Shown piece by piece: positions 24,185 through 27,482 of a DNA stretch of 27,482 nucleotides. The notes beneath the pieces are model-generated. The model was not told where the DNA came from. It made no database searches and was given only the letters and a program-made list of their open reading frames with translations. The stretch is from positions 1 to 27,482 of the forward strand of contig DASZKB010000061.1 in NCBI GenBank assembly GCA_035947475.1, in the 5' to 3' direction. Origin of the DNA: Gaiellaceae bacterium. Its GTDB lineage: Bacteria; Actinomycetota; Thermoleophilia; Gaiellales; Gaiellaceae. How positions within the stretch are numbered: position 1 is the first letter of the stretch; every line of letters starts with the position of its first letter. Position numbers and translations under genes: made by a program.

Positions 24185-25663
24185 GCCGCCGCAGCCGAAC
24201 GGGTGTCCCGGGCGGTCCCGCGTCGGTACCGCTCTGAACCCGAGGGCGGCGGCCCTGGTGCCGCTCGTCAGGCGCGCTCGGTACGTACGCCCGCGCGGGA
24301 CGCGGAGGGAAGCGCGAAAGATGCCGTGGCGGTTAGTCCTGAGCGTCCGAACCCTGCTCCAGCCGCCCGACGCTCGGCGCTGGACGATGACGCGGGTCGG
24401 GCTTCCGCACGACGGCCACGGAGGGCCGCACGGCGTCCGGCCCCAGACGTTGACGCGACGTCCCGACGGGAGCGCCACGAACGGGAACCGGAAGGCCCGG
24501 AGCGCCGGCTTGGCCCGATGGGCCGCGAACCCGCCCGCGCGCCTGTAGTAGAGCCCCGACTGGTAGCGGTCGGCGGGGAAGGGGTTGTCGGTGAGCTGGA
24601 GCCACGTCACGTGACTCACGCCGACTCGCCACATCCGGTACATCGCCTCGGCGACCCACCGGGCGTGGGTGCGCGCCGGCACGCCCGTCGGATCGGGCGG
24701 GCGCGTATCCCAACCGAACTCCCCGACCCAGAAGCGGATCGAACGTGGCGAGCGGATCTTCCCGTACCGGATGGCGGCGCGAAGGACCCGGCGCATCTCG
24801 GGCAGGTCGCCGAGCGAGACGTCGTCCCGCGCGAACGCGCGGTGCCTCGGGCCTCCCGACGTGTACGGGTGGTGGTCCCAGACGTCGAAGTTGCTCGCCG
24901 GGCACCCCGCCTTCGGCCTGAGACGCGTCGTCAGGCAGAGCATCGCGCGCATGAAGCGAAGCGGGCCGACATTCCCGGTCAGCGCGAGCCGCCCGCCGAA
25001 CGGCGCCGTCCCGCCCGCGATGATCACGTTCCCCGCGTTCACGCCTCGGATCGCGGCGCTGGAGGCGTTGACCATCGAGCGGTACCACCCCGGCGCGACG
25101 AGTCGGCCGCCCTCGGCCTGCGGCGTCACGTAGAGGCGGAGGTTCGGCTCGTTCCAGATCGTCCAGTGCCGGACGGCGGGGAGCACGTCCGAGTACGGAT
25201 CCGGCTGGAAGTTTCCGTTGTAGCGGCGCGCGGCGGCGCGCAGGAACTGCGCGAGAGCGGACGGGTCGGGCCGCGCGGTACCCGGGAAACGAGAATCGCC
25301 TCGGCCCTCCGCCCAGCGCGGGGCGTAGAGGACCATCACGATCGGCCTGAGGCCGTGAGCGCGAGCGAGGAGAATCTTCTCGTCGAAGGAGCGCCAGTCG
25401 TAGTGCGGCGACGCGGGATCGTCGGCGTTGAACCCCGCGGGACGCGGGTCGGGCGCGATGCTACGCCAGTGGAGGAGCAGCTTGACGTAAGGGGACCCGG
25501 CGCCTCTCACCCTCGCAAAGGCGAGATCGCGCTCGGGGCCGTCGAAGACGGCGGTCGGGTACTGGAGCACGCTCGTCTCGAGCGGGCGTGCGGCCGAGGC
25601 GAGAGCCGGCTGTAGGAGCGCGATCGCGGCGACGAGCGTCGAGAAGAGCACGACGCGGCGCAT
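24170..25663 (-). CDS. Secreted clan GH-A glycoside hydrolase (GH5/GH39-like TIM barrel) with a C-terminal beta domain
   Basis: Signal peptide MRRVVLFSTLVAAIALLQPALASA-A (ATG 25663), acid/base motif WTIWNEPN, HHPY, nucleophile motif FWVGEFGW. Confidence 0.72.
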   Translation of the reverse strand: MRRVVLFSTLVAAIALLQPALASAARPLETSVLQYPTAVFDGPERDLAFARVRGAGSPYVKLLLHWRSIAPDPRPAGFNADDPASPHYDWRSFDEKILLARAHGLRPIVMVLYAPRWAEGRGDSRFPGTARPDPSALAQFLRAAARRYNGNFQPDPYSDVLPAVRHWTIWNEPNLRLYVTPQAEGGRLVAPGWYRSMVNASSAAIRGVNAGNVIIAGGTAPFGGRLALTGNVGPLRFMRAMLCLTTRLRPKAGCPASNFDVWDHHPYTSGGPRHRAFARDDVSLGDLPEMRRVLRAAIRYGKIRSPRSIRFWVGEFGWDTRPPDPTGVPARTHARWVAEAMYRMWRVGVSHVTWLQLTDNPFPADRYQSGLYYRRAGGFAAHRAKPALRAFRFPFVALPSGRRVNVWGRTPCGPPWPSCGSPTRVIVQRRASGGWSRVRTLRTNRHGIFRASLRVPRGRTYRARLTSGTRAAALGFRAVPTRDRPGHPFGCGGGVPC

Positions 25664-25776
25664 CTCGGCGCGGAACGACGACACGGCACTCTTGTTCATC
25701 CGGGCGTTGTTCATCGGATCTCGCGAGGTGACCCCTCGCCCTCCGGTCGTGGCCGACGCCGAAGGAGCGGCCTCGG

Positions 25777-25782
25777 AGTATA
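25777..25782 (-). promoter_or_regulatory. Candidate -10 (TATACT) for the hydrolase gene
   Basis: Near-consensus hexamer in the divergent gap. A partner TACACT lies at 25854-25859 on the plus strand. Confidence 0.35.
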
Positions 25783-25890
25783 GAGAGCCGCCTGGACCGC
25801 GGCGACACTCCTTTCAGAACGCTAACGTCACGTCCGCCGGCCCGGAGCGGCACTACACTGACCGGCTGACGTACCGCCCCGCCGCCGCAC

Positions 25891-27482
25891 GTGACAATCG
25901 CCCCTGTCCGGCCCTCTGCTCCGCCCCCCGCCCCGCCGAGCACGAGGCGGCTTAGCCCGGCGGCGCTCGCTGCGTCCCTCGTCGTCGCCGCGGCCGTCTT
26001 CCTCGTCGCCTTCGACGGCGGCTCGTACGGCCTTCTCGACCGGAACTCGATCGCCATCGGGCTGTGGTGGACGATCGCGCTCACGGTCGGTCTCGGGATC
26101 CTCCCGCTCGAGCGCGTACCCCGCGCGGCACTCCTGACGGCCGTTCTTCTCGCGGCGCTCGCGGCGCTCACCCTTCTTTCGGCGCTGTGGGCGGACAGCG
26201 TCGAGGCGACGCTCAACGAGTTCAACCGGGTCGTGCTGTATCTGGGTGTCTTCGCGCTCGTCGTGCTCGCCTCGAAGCGCCTCACGGCCCCCCGCTGGAG
26301 CGACGGGATCGCGCTTGGGATCACCGCCGTCGCGCTCGTCGCCCTCGCCAGCCGCTTCCTGCCCGGCCTCTTTCCCGGGTCCCAGCTCCCGATCTTTCTC
26401 CCCACCGAGCGGACGCGGCTGTACTACCCGCTGAACTACTGGAACGGCCTGGCGATCCTCGTGGCGCTCGGGGCCCCGCTCCTCCTTCGCGCCGCCGTCG
26501 CCCCGGGAAGCCTCGTTCGCCGCGCAGTCGCGCTCGCCCCGTTCCCCGCGCTCGCAGCGGTCATCTACCTCACGTCCTCGCGGGGCGGAACCGCGGCGAC
26601 CGTGGCCGGCGTCGTCGCCTTTCTCGCGCTCACCGCGCACCGCTGGGCGGCGGCCGGTGCCGCGACGCTCGCGGCGCTCGGGTCGGCGGGCGCAGTCGTC
26701 GTTCTCCTCGACCGCCACGAGCTCGTGAACGGGCCGCTCGACTCGGCCGCGGCCGAGGCGCAGGGAAGGAGCGCCGCCGCTCTCGTGCTTCTCGCGTGCG
26801 TCCTCACCGGCGCGCTGTACGCCCTCGCCGTTCGCTACGTTCCGCGCGGGATTCGCGTCGGACCGCGCGTCGCCTGGGCCCTCGTCGCGGTCGTGGCCCT
26901 TCTCGCGCTCGCCGGAGTTGCGGCCGCCGACCCCGTGCAGCGGTTCGAGGAGTTCAAGCGCCCGCCTGAGGCCTCGCTCGGCGACGACCCCATCCGCGCC
27001 CATCTCACGAGCGCGAGCGGGAACGGCCGCTGGCAATGGTGGGCGGCCGCGGTCGACCAGTTCAGGAGCCACCCGCTCCTCGGCGACGGAGCGGGCTCGT
27101 ACGAGGCGTGGTGGGCGCGGCACGGAACGCTCCCGGGCTTCGTCCGCGACGCTCACTCGCTCTACCTCGAGATGCTCGGTGAGCTCGGGCTTCCAGGCTT
27201 CCTCCTCGTTCTCGCGATCGTCGGGTCGGGGTTCTTCGTCGGGATGCGCCGGCTCCGTCGTCACGACCCCGACGGGCGAACGGTTACGGCCGCCTTCCTC
27301 GCCGGCCTGCTCGCGTATGCGCTCGCCGCCGGGGTCGACTGGATGTGGGAGCTGACGGCAGTGTCGGTCGTCGGCGTCGCGTTCCTCGCCCTCTTGACGG
27401 GCGCCGCGACGGGGGTGCCAGGGCGGCGGCCGGCCGCGCGCTCGCGGGTGCGCCGGCGAACGATCGGCACGGTGCCCGCCGT
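25891..27482 (+). CDS. O-antigen ligase/Wzy_C family membrane protein; 3' truncated, and not in the ORF track
   Basis: I translated frame +1 from GTG 25891 to the window end with no stop. Motifs: RLYYPLNYWNGLA, YLTSSRGG, NGRWQWW..A..QFRSHPLLGDGAGSY, DAHSLYLEMLGELG, AAGVDWMWEL. Many TM helices. Confidence 0.82.
   Translation, partial: MTIAPVRPSAPPPAPPSTRRLSPAALAASLVVAAAVFLVAFDGGSYGLLDRNSIAIGLWWTIALTVGLGILPLERVPRAALLTAVLLAALAALTLLSALWADSVEATLNEFNRVVLYLGVFALVVLASKRLTAPRWSDGIALGITAVALVALASRFLPGLFPGSQLPIFLPTERTRLYYPLNYWNGLAILVALGAPLLLRAAVAPGSLVRRAVALAPFPALAAVIYLTSSRGGTAATVAGVVAFLALTAHRWAAAGAATLAALGSAGAVVVLLDRHELVNGPLDSAAAEAQGRSAAALVLLACVLTGALYALAVRYVPRGIRVGPRVAWALVAVVALLALAGVAAADPVQRFEEFKRPPEASLGDDPIRAHLTSASGNGRWQWWAAAVDQFRSHPLLGDGAGSYEAWWARHGTLPGFVRDAHSLYLEMLGELGLPGFLLVLAIVGSGFFVGMRRLRRHDPDGRTVTAAFLAGLLAYALAAGVDWMWELTAVSVVGVAFLALLTGAATGVPGRRPAARSRVRRRTIGTVPA

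Noticed and set aside
1-27482. Many long alternative-frame and antisense ORFs in the track (e.g. 2575-4398, 8615-10744 beyond 9100, 10529-12598, 12788-14953, 18839-21148 beyond 19798, 23966-25615, 25828-27264)
   Set aside because: They are Arg/Ala/Pro/Gly-rich shadows of real genes, expected in high-GC DNA where stops are rare. They have no family motifs and fully overlap better-supported CDSs.
1-27482. CRISPR arrays, tRNA/rRNA, IS elements, integrases, phase-variable simple repeats
   Set aside because: Intergenic gaps are short (all under about 230 bp). I saw no regularly spaced repeats, transposase motifs or long homopolymer/microsatellite tracts, including at the frameshift sites.

Overview
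Very GC-rich (roughly 70% or more by eye) bacterial DNA. Protein style and promoter style suggest an actinobacterium, possibly Thermoleophilia/Gaiellales (inference). The whole window is part of a cell-envelope glycan locus with about 25 genes, truncated at both ends, and no RNA genes, CRISPR or mobile elements were seen. It contains: (i) a GT-C-like membrane protein, UDP-sulfoquinovose synthase (sqdB) and an NDP-sugar epimerase; (ii) a Wzm/Wzt (TagG/H-like) ABC exporter with a coupled methyltransferase; (iii) a tightly coupled minus-strand module of an EgsA-like glycerol-1-phosphate dehydrogenase, a cytidylyltransferase, two CDP-alcohol phosphotransferases and a DUF5941-like membrane protein; (iv) two AmsD-like GT4 paralogs (one frameshifted), a TarS-like GT2 and a third GT4; (v) two sulfotransferases of different families and four SAM methyltransferases in total; (vi) a flippase-like protein, a priming phosphoglycosyl transferase, an O-antigen ligase/Wzy-family protein, a secreted clan GH-A hydrolase and a secreted thermonuclease with two lamin-tail domains. 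The strongest novelty candidate is a non-canonical teichoic-acid-like polymer pathway. It would use CDP-activated sn-glycerol-1-phosphate and CDP-alcohol phosphotransferases (no TagD/TagB/TagF seen in the window), and sits alongside sulfoquinovose supply, sulfation and methylation. All family calls come from motif recognition by eye, not database searches.
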